Assembly (NCBI GenBank): GCA_973895155.1
Contig: OZ316892.1
Coordinates: 13,692,761-13,756,760 of the forward strand
Source of the DNA: Marsupella aquatica
Taxonomy: Eukaryota; Plantae; Marchantiophyta
Length of the DNA: 64,000 bases
Direction of reading: 5' to 3'
Positions 10,771 through 21,659 of this stretch are shown piece by piece. The notes beneath the pieces were generated by a model that worked only from the letters and a program-made list of their open reading frames with translations, was not told the DNA's origin and ran no database searches. The position numbers were made by a program, and so were the translations under genes. The stretch's first letter is position 1; every line of letters begins with the position of its first letter.

Positions 10771-13134
10771 ATGTCAATGGAGGCAAAGCAGAGAGGATGG
10801 TGGTGCTCACAAATCCCTGCCTGTACTTTGTTCTTCCTCAAGGTCATCGTCACTTTCGGTCTTCTCAATTCAGATGCAGGAGGAGAGGCGGCAGGCCTCC
10901 TCAAAGCGAGCAAGGAACAACGGCCTTCAGCGAGAAGTGGCACATTCATCAACAGCTCCATCTCTTGTCCGTACTCTCCGTGTGCATACCCGAATATCCA
11001 TAACTCCAAGACTTCCCCGCTCGTAAAGGATGAGATTCAGGACTGGCAAATCGCAAACATATCCGGACATTGTCTGCATGCCGCACCCTTTCGGCTCAGG
11101 GGATTTGACAATTCTTCAACGGTCTTGTCATTCAGCACCACATTCACATTCTCCTTGGCGCCCGCCGCCCCCCGCAATTCTCGTTCGACGACAGGAAGAG
11201 AGTCTATAGATGGCTTGGCATTCATTCTCGTTCCCGCCTTGTCTCCGCCTCCCGACCACACCGACGCTGGCTACCTCGGACTCCTCAACGCTACCACAAA
11301 CAGTCAGGGGTCCAGCCATACTTTTGGAGTGGAGTTTGATTCGTTTCCGAACACCGAGTTTGAGGATCCCCGATTCGCCCACGTCGGTACTGACCTCAAC
11401 AGCTTGATTTCTGTTTGCACCTCTCGTGCTGGTTACAACGATACCGGCATATGCCCGGGCACGAGCGACGGCGGTGACGATTTCAAAACCTTGGTTCTCA
11501 AAAATGGTTCGAGCATCCAAGCATGGATTACCTACAATGCTTCCTCGCAAAAACTTTCTGTCACTGTCAGCCCGGTCCCAGGATTCAAGCCCCAGACTCC
11601 ACTGCTGGAAAAAAAGGTGGACTTATCAGAAGTAATTGAGGATGAGATGTACGTTGGATTTAGCACCTCCACAGGTGCGGTTGGTGGGTACAGTTATGTG
11701 TCCAGTTGGAGTTTTGAGGTCAACGGGACTGAGAATTCAATCATTCCCGGCCACTCCGAGAGCTTGGCTGCTCCTTCTATTGCAGCAGCAGAGATTTGCC
11801 ACAGCCGCAGGATGCTTTCGGATAAGCTGCCATTAGTACTGGGGATATCTATTCCAATAACAGTCCTTGCAGTGTTTTGTGTGTGTGTTCTGGCAGGATG
11901 CTGTGTCTGGCGGGTGAGAAAAACCCCGGAAAAGCAATATCACGACCTGATTGAAATGGGAAGTTTGGGCTACATACCAAAGAGTTACAGTTACCAGGAG
12001 CTATCTAACGCCACCGAAGGCTTCAGTTCCAAACTTGTGCTTGGCAGCGGAGGTTTTGGAACCGTATACAAGGGTATTCTACCAGCTGCAGCTGGTGCTG
12101 GTGGACAGCACGGCATGATGAGTACTGGAATTATGCTTACAGTTGCTGTGAAGCGCATGGGCCCAGAGGCCTGGGAAGGTACAGAAGCAGGAGATGTAGT
12201 AGCAAAGCTCAAGATCATTGGCAGATTACGGCATCGGAATCTGTTACAGCTTCTGGGATGGTGTAGCGAAAAGGACGAAGTGCTGCTTGTCTACGAGTAC
12301 ATGACCAATGGAAGCTTGGATCGGTGGCTGTTCAACAATGGCAGAAGTGGCAAAAATCATCGACATTCTCTTTCTTGGGACCAGAGGCTGCATATCTTGT
12401 GTGGAGTAGCCACGGCGTTAGGGTATCTTCACGAGGAGTGGAAAGAAGTGGTGGTTCACAGAGATATCAGTGTATTGCTGGATTCCGAATTCAATGCTAA
12501 ATTGGGTGACGTTGGTTTGACCGCCAGAGCACACGAGCACTACAGTAAGCAATTTCAGTTTCAAAGTATCAATGTGGCTGACACTTTGGGGTATCTTGCT
12601 CCCGAGGCTCGCTGCCGTGGTATCTTCAGCGATAAATCAGATGTTTATAGTTTCGGTGTTTTAGCCTTGGAAGTTGCAACTGGAAGAAAGTCGGTCGACA
12701 TGCAGAGACCGGCTGAAGAAATTGTTCTCTTGACATGGGTGTGGGATCTTTTCGAACGAGGCCGAATTCTTGATGCTATAGATGATTGTCTACGTACTGT
12801 CAGTGACACCCATTCCATCGCTGAAGAAGTAAGAGTGGAGATGGCAGCTGTGCTCCAGATTGGCCTCATTTGCTCGCATCCCGACCCTAATATGAGGCCA
12901 GCGATGGGGCAAGTTATTCAAATGCTGAAGGGTGAAGCACCTCTCCTGCCGATTGCACCCGCACCCAGTCGTCCCAATTCACGAGCTCCGTCTCTTTCAT
13001 TCTCGTTTAACGATCATTATGTTTGGGCTGATCACTCCGTTGAGCTGGGGATGATTGACAATTCGGATGAGATCAAGCTCATTCCTCAGTCCCATATTTC
13101 TAAAGAACGAAGTAGCTTTTCTTTCGTTCTCTAG
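10771..13134 (+). CDS. L-type (legume) lectin receptor-like kinase, intronless, 787 aa; kinase domain probably a pseudokinase
   Basis: Hydrophobic N-terminal segment; legume-lectin motifs SFSTTFTF, DGLAFILVP, VEFDSFPNTEFEDP..HVGTDLNS, QAWITYN and MYVGFSTSTG; TM helix LVLGISIPITVLAVFCVCVLAGCCVW; kinase LGSGGFGTVYKG, VAVK, LRHRNLL, HRD, GYLAPE and SDVYSFG. Confidence 0.93.
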   Translation: MSMEAKQRGWWCSQIPACTLFFLKVIVTFGLLNSDAGGEAAGLLKASKEQRPSARSGTFINSSISCPYSPCAYPNIHNSKTSPLVKDEIQDWQIANISGHCLHAAPFRLRGFDNSSTVLSFSTTFTFSLAPAAPRNSRSTTGRESIDGLAFILVPALSPPPDHTDAGYLGLLNATTNSQGSSHTFGVEFDSFPNTEFEDPRFAHVGTDLNSLISVCTSRAGYNDTGICPGTSDGGDDFKTLVLKNGSSIQAWITYNASSQKLSVTVSPVPGFKPQTPLLEKKVDLSEVIEDEMYVGFSTSTGAVGGYSYVSSWSFEVNGTENSIIPGHSESLAAPSIAAAEICHSRRMLSDKLPLVLGISIPITVLAVFCVCVLAGCCVWRVRKTPEKQYHDLIEMGSLGYIPKSYSYQELSNATEGFSSKLVLGSGGFGTVYKGILPAAAGAGGQHGMMSTGIMLTVAVKRMGPEAWEGTEAGDVVAKLKIIGRLRHRNLLQLLGWCSEKDEVLLVYEYMTNGSLDRWLFNNGRSGKNHRHSLSWDQRLHILCGVATALGYLHEEWKEVVVHRDISVLLDSEFNAKLGDVGLTARAHEHYSKQFQFQSINVADTLGYLAPEARCRGIFSDKSDVYSFGVLALEVATGRKSVDMQRPAEEIVLLTWVWDLFERGRILDAIDDCLRTVSDTHSIAEEVRVEMAAVLQIGLICSHPDPNMRPAMGQVIQMLKGEAPLLPIAPAPSRPNSRAPSLSFSFNDHYVWADHSVELGMIDNSDEIKLIPQSHISKERSSFSFVL

Positions 13135-15077
13135 CCAGGAGTTCAGTTCTGCAATCTCTCATGAACGGACAGCCGAGTAAGCATTCAGGACTTTATAGCT
13201 GCGGAACGACACAAACGATCAGGAGTCTGTTGCATGTCCTGTGTTGACATGATGTGTACGCAAGGTAATTAAACTTGTTACAACTTCTCCATGCATAGTG
13301 ACTTGGTTTTGATCACCTAAGGTATTATTTTGCACCTTCTCTGTGAGCGAGATCAATGCCAGGTTCTCAATACTACGTTGAGTTCCATCGGAGTCGAAGG
13401 TGGAATCTCAGAAATCGAGGGACCGGTACATCCGCCGTGACTGATTTTCGAGTTTGTTCTCAGTTGGGTTATTTCTGGGTTCAAGGACAGAGAAGCCCCA
13501 ACTGAATGTTGTTTGATCCATTGTCGGTTTGAATTCCTTAGTCTTGGTAGAATTTTCACGAGATGCTGTTTCTAACTGTTTTCTGATCGAGTCTGCCTTG
13601 TCTGATTGTCTGTGGGGCCAATCAAAATGCCTTTAATGCCCGAAATTGAACAGTTGCATGTTTCTGCTGCATTGCCATGTTTTCATGTTATTGGTCAGTG
13701 ACTCCTACAGATCTAAGCTGGAATTGCTGTAGACGGTATTGCTTGGAATTGCAGAGTTTGTGAATCGTACCAACTTACTCTTTACAGTCCCTGCTTGCGT
13801 TCTGCAGGGATCAAGTCGGGATGTATTTTGGTTGGAAAGACTTTCTTGAGAGGGGAGGACAACGCACACTTTTGACAGAACCTTGAAGCTTGCCACCAAC
13901 ACAACACAGAGGTTTCTTTACGGAATGCTGTGGATAATCAACATGGAATTGCCACCCTTCAATGAGTATGGATGACCTACCGCCAGCACGTTTGTCACAC
14001 CATCTCGTGAAGAGCGAAGCGAAACTTGGACACGAGGAATATTTTGCGAAAAATATTGTTTCAGCTCTTCATTTGCTTCATTTCCTTCGCGGAGGTGACA
14101 GAGTGTTTTATTAGCTTCATTTTCTTCGCAGAAGTTCCAGAGTATTCCATTCAGCTGCAGTGTCATTTAAAAGTTGAGATCAAATTACTGCAGAGATTAC
14201 TGGTCTACTAATTGGACTCTAAACTCAGGGAATCCTCAGTTGTCTCTCAACTGCTTGGCCCTAGCGTTTAGTTTTGGAATGACTGTCCGTAAGTAATATT
14301 ACTATAAGCAGCGATGGAGATAGGTGCCAGTGACAATCGATTTCGCACGGGTTTTCCCGGGGTCTTCCACTAGTTCGACAACTGTCGAGTCTCAGTTGAC
14401 GGTTAGACTAGTCAGTCGTTCTGTTTGGCAGCTTTGGACCAGCTGAAATCTATGAGGGCACGTCATGCAGGTGTGGACACAGTAGAGATGCCGGAGCCCT
14501 TGAATAAGAGGAGAGAAGAGAAGGAAAAGGATCTGGCAGAGGAAGTCGAGGCCGTTTGGTGCGTTCCAAATTTCACGTAAATTACTTCGTCCAGTTCAGG
14601 ACGATGAGTTTGATGATTATGTTGAGGATTATTAGGGCGAGGAACAGTTCAGGTCACAACAAAAGAAGGGAGAGGGAGTTTTTGGGAAGATAGCTGGGGG
14701 ACAAAAAGATTCCAAGCCTAGGGCACTTACTTCCTTAGTGGAACAAGACGGTCAAATCGCCCAAGAGGGAAGGCTATCTGGGGGAGCAGCCGTTCTCGTG
14801 AGGCATAAAAGCAGCAACGTTCTCGATCAAATCGAAGGCGTGTATGAGTAATGAAACAGAAGGGAAAACAAGTGATACAATTTGTACTGGGGAATGGTAT
14901 GATAGTGCGGACAAAACTGAGTCGATGGACAACATTTGTGGTCTAGCTCTGGTTCCTGGCTCGGGCATTGCAGCTCTAGCTTTAGCATACGACAGCGTGC
15001 ATAATTAAGACAAACGACGATGTCTTTTCATTGTCAGGGCAATCATTCTGTTGAGAAGTAAACTCTTGTAGCAATTG

Positions 15078-15438
15078 GCCTTTTCACTTGTTATTTGCTC
15101 ACCCTCTTCGTTCTGTCCTCAGCGTGACTGGAATTTAATTTTTTTGGTGCTTGTGTTTAATACTCTTTTCAGTATACAATCACCAGTGCTACCGAAATCA
15201 AATTTCTTTGGGCGCTTGAAGTTAATTTGTTTTGGCTCTGAAATTATCTTAGTATCTTGCCTTTTCACTTGTTATTTGCTCACCTCTTCGTTCTGTCCAC
15301 AGCGTTACTGGAATCAAATGTTTTTGGTGCTTGTGTTAATACTCTGTTTCACTATACAATCACCAGTGCTACCGGAATCAAATATCTTTTGGCGCTTGAA
15401 GTTAATTTGTTTTGGCTCTGACATTCTCTTAGTATCTT
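15078..15438. repeat. 181-bp tandem duplication
   Basis: GCCTTTTCACTTGTTATTTGCTCAC...CTTAGTATCTT at 15078-15258 and 15259-15438, with scattered substitutions. Confidence 0.92.
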
Positions 15439-15614
15439 ACTTTTGTCGGCGTCTTCTTGACTTTGTTTGAGTGGGAGTGTAACTGTCGTTCTTTCAAAAA
15501 TACCTTTATTCAGAATAAAGCTTCGAGTGAGAGTAGCATTTATGTTCAGCGTACCTCGTAGAACGATATTCAATCACTTGCAGTCACTTTCTACACATGC
15601 AGGCTCTGCTACAG

Positions 15615-15793
15615 GCCATGATCGCCATCCATCTTTCGGGGAATATTGAAAGGATTGAAGTCGGCGTACAGTCCACAAATTTCTTCAGATATATGGAAGC
15701 TTGCCATGATCGCCAACTATCTTTCGCGGAGTATTGAAAGGATTGAAGTCGGCGTACAGTCCACAAGTTTCTTCAGAGATTTGGAGGCTTGCC
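15615..15793. repeat. 88-bp tandem duplication
   Basis: GCCATGATCGCCA...TATTGAAAGGATTGAAGTCGGCGTACAGTCCACAA.TTTCTTCAGA starts at 15615 and at 15703. Confidence 0.92.
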
Positions 15794-17187
15794 TCAAAAC
15801 CCAACTGCTCCGAATGGAATCTCACCTGGGAAACTTAATATACTACAATCTATGCATGTATCAATTTAAAGCACCTCATCCACCTAACGCATCCATCTAA
15901 TTTTCCCTACAAAACACATAATGTCGCATGTGTTTGCTTCATCCGTCAAAGGAAGCCCATGTCGTCTTAGGAAACCGTGTCTGACAAACCCCTCATGAAA
16001 GTATTGGACAAAATGTGTCAAACGCACCACTTTCATACATACAGCAAACACTGAATTGTCAGTGAATGAGCTGACCCAGGAAAATTTCTTCAGACAAGCT
16101 GTTCCCAGTGCAAACATCTCAGCAAAGAGCTCAGGGAAACGCTGTTTAGTTTTTCCCGAGAATGAAGGTTTATGGTTTTCTTTATACTCAGTTCAATGGA
16201 GTGCGAATCAACCACATTCTACAAACTTGACTTGTCTACCCAGTTTAGCATTTGCACACGCCCAGAGAGAATGGTAGCCATATGGGCAGTGAGAATTAGA
16301 GTACCCGAGCACGATTACGTAGCCCAAAGACATTCATGCGTGCAGAAGGGTCGAATGAAGGCATAATTATAGGCATTCAGAGAGCCGACGAGTACCTACG
16401 AGCTTTATAGTCATTTCGTTTTCAATCTAGACCCTCCACAATTTTACCATTCAGAATTTCAAACGAGGCAACCAATTCATCTGTAAGGGAACTGAAGAAT
16501 TCAGCAGATTCCTATGCACAAAAATTCGTTTGAACCTCTGCTCCGGTTATCCTTCGGCTGTCAACTCAATAAACAATGCTGGAGGTTCACTAAATCAGGC
16601 TAATTTCTTACCGGTTATGTCACATCCAACACCATTGCGGTTTTACACTAGGAAGTACACAAACATTTAACGTGAGAATATTATCGCTGGAACAACTGAG
16701 ACTAACAATTTCAGAATTCTTTACACTCAAGTTTGAGAGAATCAAAATACGGCCTCCAAGGCCTAGATCTTCCTACTTACATACCAGATGGAAAACCTTT
16801 CTCAAAGACAGTTCTACTAAAACGATTGTGCCATAGAGCCGTCAACTTCGAAGCGTTTATTGAACACCCCGTAGCTCAATTCACTGCACATGGAGAAACA
16901 TTCGTTTGAGTATCACGTGAGAACTTGAGGTTCATTCCAATTCAACAAAGAGTACCCCCCTACGACAAGTATATTGCTGCTACGATACAACTGAAATCTC
17001 AACACTGAACTGCAATACAGAAGGATAGTTCAAATCTCACACTTTCCACGCACCTCAATGCAAAATCTGCAACTTCTTAGCCACTTCTGGCAAGGAATTC
17101 ACTCAACGTCCACAGAAGTTTCCATCTCACACTTAGTAGAGTGGCCCAGTTATCTCCAAAGATGTTCGTATATCATCTACCATCTTA

Positions 17188-18576
17188 TCACGACGTCCCA
17201 ATGTCCTTTGAGTCATCTACCTGCAAGGTGTGCTTCAAAACTTCCCCTGTTCCTGTCATCAAGACGTCTGGATCTTCCATGGGCAAGGGAGGCTTCGCCT
17301 CACTGCCATCACGAATTCCCACTTTCGAGAGTTTCTCCACCACCTTCTTCTGGCTAGCCACCTCTTGCATCAACTCTTCCGGAGTAGCTTCAACTAAAGA
17401 TGCTGTCCTTGAGAGTGATCCTGAAAGTCCCCGCTCTGCCGACTGATTAATTGCCTTTGAGCTTGCATCATCAACTACTAGTTTCGAGAGTTTCTCCACC
17501 ACCTTTTTCTGGTTAGCCACCTCTTCAATCAGCTCTGCGGGAGTAGCTTCAACCACAGATGCTGTCCTTGAGAGTGAACCTGAAAGTCCCCGTTCTGCCG
17601 ACCTATTATTTGATTCCTTTGCGCTTGCGTTTTCAACTGGTCTTGACTGATCAGTTACTATACCTTCTTCACTTCTCAAACCAGGACGGTTACTATCGTT
17701 CGCAGAGTTCTCCACAACTGTAGTAGATGTCTCTCTCTGTTCAGCCTTCTCTGTCTCTTGTCGTTCTCTCTCTAGTGCTTCCTTAAGCCTCAATTCATAC
17801 CCCTCTTTCTTGGCTAAGATCCGAACGATCTTAGCATTAATTTGCTCCAATTTCTTTGCGATTCTCTCTGAACTACTCCTGCTTGACTTCTCTTTCTTCT
17901 CTTTTTTCTTCTCCTCCTTCTTCTCCTTCTTCTTCGCTTCTTTCTTCTCCTCCTCCTTAATCTCCTCCTCCTTTTTCTTCTCCTCCTTCTCCTCCTTCGT
18001 GTCCATCATGTCCTTTGTGTCCTCCTTCTTCTCTTTCTTCTCCTTCTTCTCCTTCTTCTCCTCCTTCTCCCCCTTCTTCTCCTTCTTCTTCTTCTTCTCC
18101 TCCTTCATCTCTTCCTCCTTCTCCTCCTCCTCCTTCTTCTCCTTCTTCTCCTCCTTCGTGTCCTTCATGTCCTTCTCCTCACTTTTCCCCCCTTCTGGAT
18201 GCCCAGTAGTACTCTTAGCTTTATTCTCAGACTTCTCTTTTTTCGCTTTCTTTCCCTCCTCTTCTTTCTCCCGCTTCTTTGGACTCGTGTCCAATTTCTT
18301 CTGTTCTTCTCCATGTTTTGCATCAACCGCTTGCTTCACATCTTTCTCCTCATCCTTTAGGTCAAGTCTTTTCCTTTTATCCTCTTTCTCACCCGCTCTA
18401 ACAATCAAAGGGTCTTGTCCCTTTCTTTCGTCCTGTGCTTCGCTTTTCATTTTCTGCTCACCGACTCCTTGTTCCGATTCCTCATCATTTCTTACTTCCT
18501 CCTCCATTCGAACCAGCTCTGCGTCGGTGTCACTGTTCATCTTGCCTGTCTCTATTTGGTGCTCTGCTTCACTCAT
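17188..18576 (-). CDS. Lys/Glu-rich, largely disordered or coiled-coil protein of unknown function, 462 aa
   Basis: Uninterrupted ATG-TGA ORF. Central KE low-complexity tract, a heptad-like segment IAKKLEQINAKIVRILAKKEGYELRLKEALERE, and an in-frame 159-bp (53-aa) internal duplication. A candidate splice acceptor (TTCTTCAG) lies about 70 nt upstream of the ATG. Confidence 0.8.
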   Translation of the reverse strand: MSEAEHQIETGKMNSDTDAELVRMEEEVRNDEESEQGVGEQKMKSEAQDERKGQDPLIVRAGEKEDKRKRLDLKDEEKDVKQAVDAKHGEEQKKLDTSPKKREKEEEGKKAKKEKSENKAKSTTGHPEGGKSEEKDMKDTKEEKKEKKEEEEKEEEMKEEKKKKKEKKGEKEEKKEKKEKKEKKEDTKDMMDTKEEKEEKKKEEEIKEEEKKEAKKKEKKEEKKKEKKEKSSRSSSERIAKKLEQINAKIVRILAKKEGYELRLKEALERERQETEKAEQRETSTTVVENSANDSNRPGLRSEEGIVTDQSRPVENASAKESNNRSAERGLSGSLSRTASVVEATPAELIEEVANQKKVVEKLSKLVVDDASSKAINQSAERGLSGSLSRTASLVEATPEELMQEVASQKKVVEKLSKVGIRDGSEAKPPLPMEDPDVLMTGTGEVLKHTLQVDDSKDIGTS

Positions 18577-21124
18577 CTTTGCCTCTTTACTTCAGAGCAT
18601 CCCTTTCCAATCCAGAGCTTTTCCCCTCTTATCCACAACCATTTCCTGAAGAACATGGAAGACGAGACACTGTTAAACGTAAGACGGAAAAAATAATACC
18701 TGTCTTGACCAATTTGAATGTTCCCGACAAAACGAACTTACATTCTCACACTAAACTTGTATACAAAGCCATCTTTCGAAAGAACAGGCCTGAATGCACA
18801 CTTCCCACAAATGTTCGCCATATCATGCGAATCTTCAAAGAAGCCAACACAACGTAGACGGTCACAATCAAGACCGGCGACAAAGTTTCGATATTTCAGA
18901 TTGACAAATCACTACAAGGCATGTATATCTCAAAAACAATCTCACACTGACATTAAATGGGTGATAGATTCACGTGAAACTCTCAAGGCTATCTTTGACA
19001 AAGTTCTCAAACATGAACTTATTAGACTTTTGCTCATCGATAATGTTCAGAACGTATCACTGACATGGGCCCGTCCGGATGACACATAGCTGAAAACGAA
19101 TTCTCATAACATGTTTCGTTGGAATTCACGGACTCAGTGGAGAGTCGTCGAGCAGCTTAAAGTTCTGAGACGTGGACTCGTCAACTGTAACAGCCTTCAA
19201 TGGACGAGGAGTAGACCACAAAAGAAGGCTTACGACAGAAAAAAGTGAGAAACTACTCCAATTCATTGAAATTCGACTTCCTCGGCTACTATACCAAAAT
19301 ACGACGGCGGACGCAAAGTTCTGGCCAGACTCGGCAGAATAATTGCTGGCAACCTTCCAGAGTAAACGAAGAAGTTCGACCTCACCAGCTATGTAACTAC
19401 GAAAAACAGAGCATTGGTAAAACGCAGAACAAAATCTGTACAATCGCTCGCGAGCCTTGACAGCGGACGAATGTTCAGCGTGAGATTGGACACCAGGAAA
19501 ATTGGAAAGGACACGCGATTTGCTCCAATCCCGGAGAGCTACTGTAGATAGATAGCGATACTGAGACGCTCCTCCGTTTACACGCATTAAAGTGTCTATC
19601 AGCTGCATATATAAGTTCGATAGTAATCGTCGCTGACAAACAATCAGCTAAGTCGCTGTACGATATGACGTTAAAGCCAACCGATCCAAATAACCAGGAG
19701 CACAAGGTCCAGCCCAGGCCAGGCAGGCTATAAACAGCTGGCTACTAATTGATTTGGGGCGATTCCAAACCAACAACCCAACAAGTAAATACAAGTAGAA
19801 GTAAGAGAGAGTCCACCAGCACATATCTAACATCGAAAATGCTGGACGAATGGAAACGTGTGAGTCCCTGTAGACCTAAATCTAAAACCAATGTTGATGG
19901 AAACAACCTCGGGCAAACAAAAAACACATTCTCCTGATCCACCCAATCTCTCTGTCTGTCACCTAAGACTCTATCTTAGCAACAACAACCAAAACCACTC
20001 TGATCTCAAGACTCCATTAAGTTCATCAGTCCCTCACGCACCGAATAGCAGGGCTTTTGTGTCTGTCTGTCTAATCATAGACCTCCTTTCTCAAGATTGG
20101 GATGGGCAAATAGTGTGATGAGCTAAACCTGAAGACCTGATTGTAATGCGGAGAAGGCAGTCCCTCACAATCCCGCCAAAACCCGGCTCTTCAGACCAGA
20201 TCGGTCACCTTCCAAACACCAACCTGCTATAGTAGCTCCTGCAGCTTCACCGATCGATCGTTTTCCAATGCAGGTTCGTTCCGTTGCAAAATGGATTGCC
20301 TGCAATCTGCAGTAGAAAAGCTTCACTGCACAAGCTTGCAATCAGCAAATAGAAAAGCTTCACTTCAGAAGCTTGCAGTTGCTTTTCGCCTTCGAGAATT
20401 GGAGAGCAGTGCGGAAATCTCACTTCACCTCGCACTCAATCTCAATCTCTTCAGCTCTCTGAAATCCGAAGAAGAGAAACATGCCGTGAACGAGAAACAA
20501 ATACAAGGAGCAGCATCATGGATTCCTGATTGACTCGGGTCAGCATATTGTCCTCCCTGAGTCTAGCATCGACGGTACCGATGAGCTCAACGCCCAATAG
20601 GAACATCCAGGCCCGTCGATCTGAATCCGACCAATTCACCACGGGTTCGTAAGTCATCCAGATTCCAGAGAGGAGTGGGGGTGACGATGGGACGAGCCCG
20701 GTTTCATGGGTACCCCTATTCCCCACGAAAGCCACCTCCTGGTCCGCGACCAAACTCCAGTACGACGCCATAATTGAAAAAGCTGCATCTGGGCCGTTAA
20801 TGGGAGACAGTTGTCTGCTTGTCGGACGGAGAGGGCGGACATCCGGATCGACGGGTAGGATCTAAGGTGACAACACCCGTCGAGCCACAGATCTGCCACC
20901 CAGCTATCAGTGCATGCAGAATATAGAAAATAACGCCACTGAAAATGATTTTTACCTTTGGACGCTGCAGTTAGACAAAATAATGGTCCCTTCGTGGCAC
21001 ACCAGGTGGAAAAGTAGCTTTAAGCTTGGGTAGTATCCCATCCTAAACGTTTCTCTCAGATAGGATTATGATCTTGATTCTGTTGTAAGGAGGATCCACC
21101 CTACCTGCACTGATTATGTTTTAA

Positions 21125-21659
21125 CGAGCCCTATGCCAGTGCGTTGTCAGCCCATATCGGAGGGAGCACTTGCGAGGGGGGATTGTCCATATCGGAGGGA
21201 GCACTTGCGAGGGGGGATTGTCCATAATGAAGGGAGGGTGGGAATTGCTAAGGTCGAGGGGATTTGCGAGTGAGGGAATGATGAGGAGGGGAGCGGAGCG
21301 GAGCGGAGCGGATGTACGAACGGAGGCATGGGGGGAGCATTCGCGAGGGAAGGAGGGAATGATGAGGCACGGAGGGGAGGGGGAATGATGAGACATCATT
21401 ATCCCCTCATTGATGGCCACGCTAGGGTCCGGCGCGAGGCAGATATTCGTGAGGCACTTATTTGCGAGGCAGCCGTAGGGACGAGACAGGCATAGAGGGA
21501 CTGGATGGTATTGTCGGGAGTGGGAGTCCTCGAGAGTGAATCAAACGGATATGATAAATCCACTCAAATATCTAACGGCCAGTTTTGATTCCCGCCAATA
21601 TTGGATGTTGTAACAGGACTAAGGACAAAAATGGCGGGATTGCCTATTATAGTTGTAAA
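21125..21659 (-). mobile_element. Non-autonomous Helitron-like element, family B, copy 1 (G-rich interior)
   Basis: The right-hand about 120 bp (21540-21659) resemble 24698-24821. The left end ACGAGCCCTATGCCAGTGCGTTGTCAG resembles ACTAGCCGTATGTCTCTGCTTTGCACA at 23563. The minus-strand 5' end is A|TTTACAACTATAATA. The interior has a 35-bp tandem duplication and GAGCG repeats. Confidence 0.55.

Noticed and set aside
14344-14374. CGGG-tttt-CCCG hairpin followed by CTAG|T, resembling a Helitron 3' end
   Set aside because: The stem is only 4 bp, with no matching 5' end and no second copy in the window.
17810-18649. 279-aa Phe/Ser-rich ORF on the plus strand
   Set aside because: It is the antisense shadow of the GAG/AAG-rich KE coding tract. 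It has a non-ATG start and no independent features.
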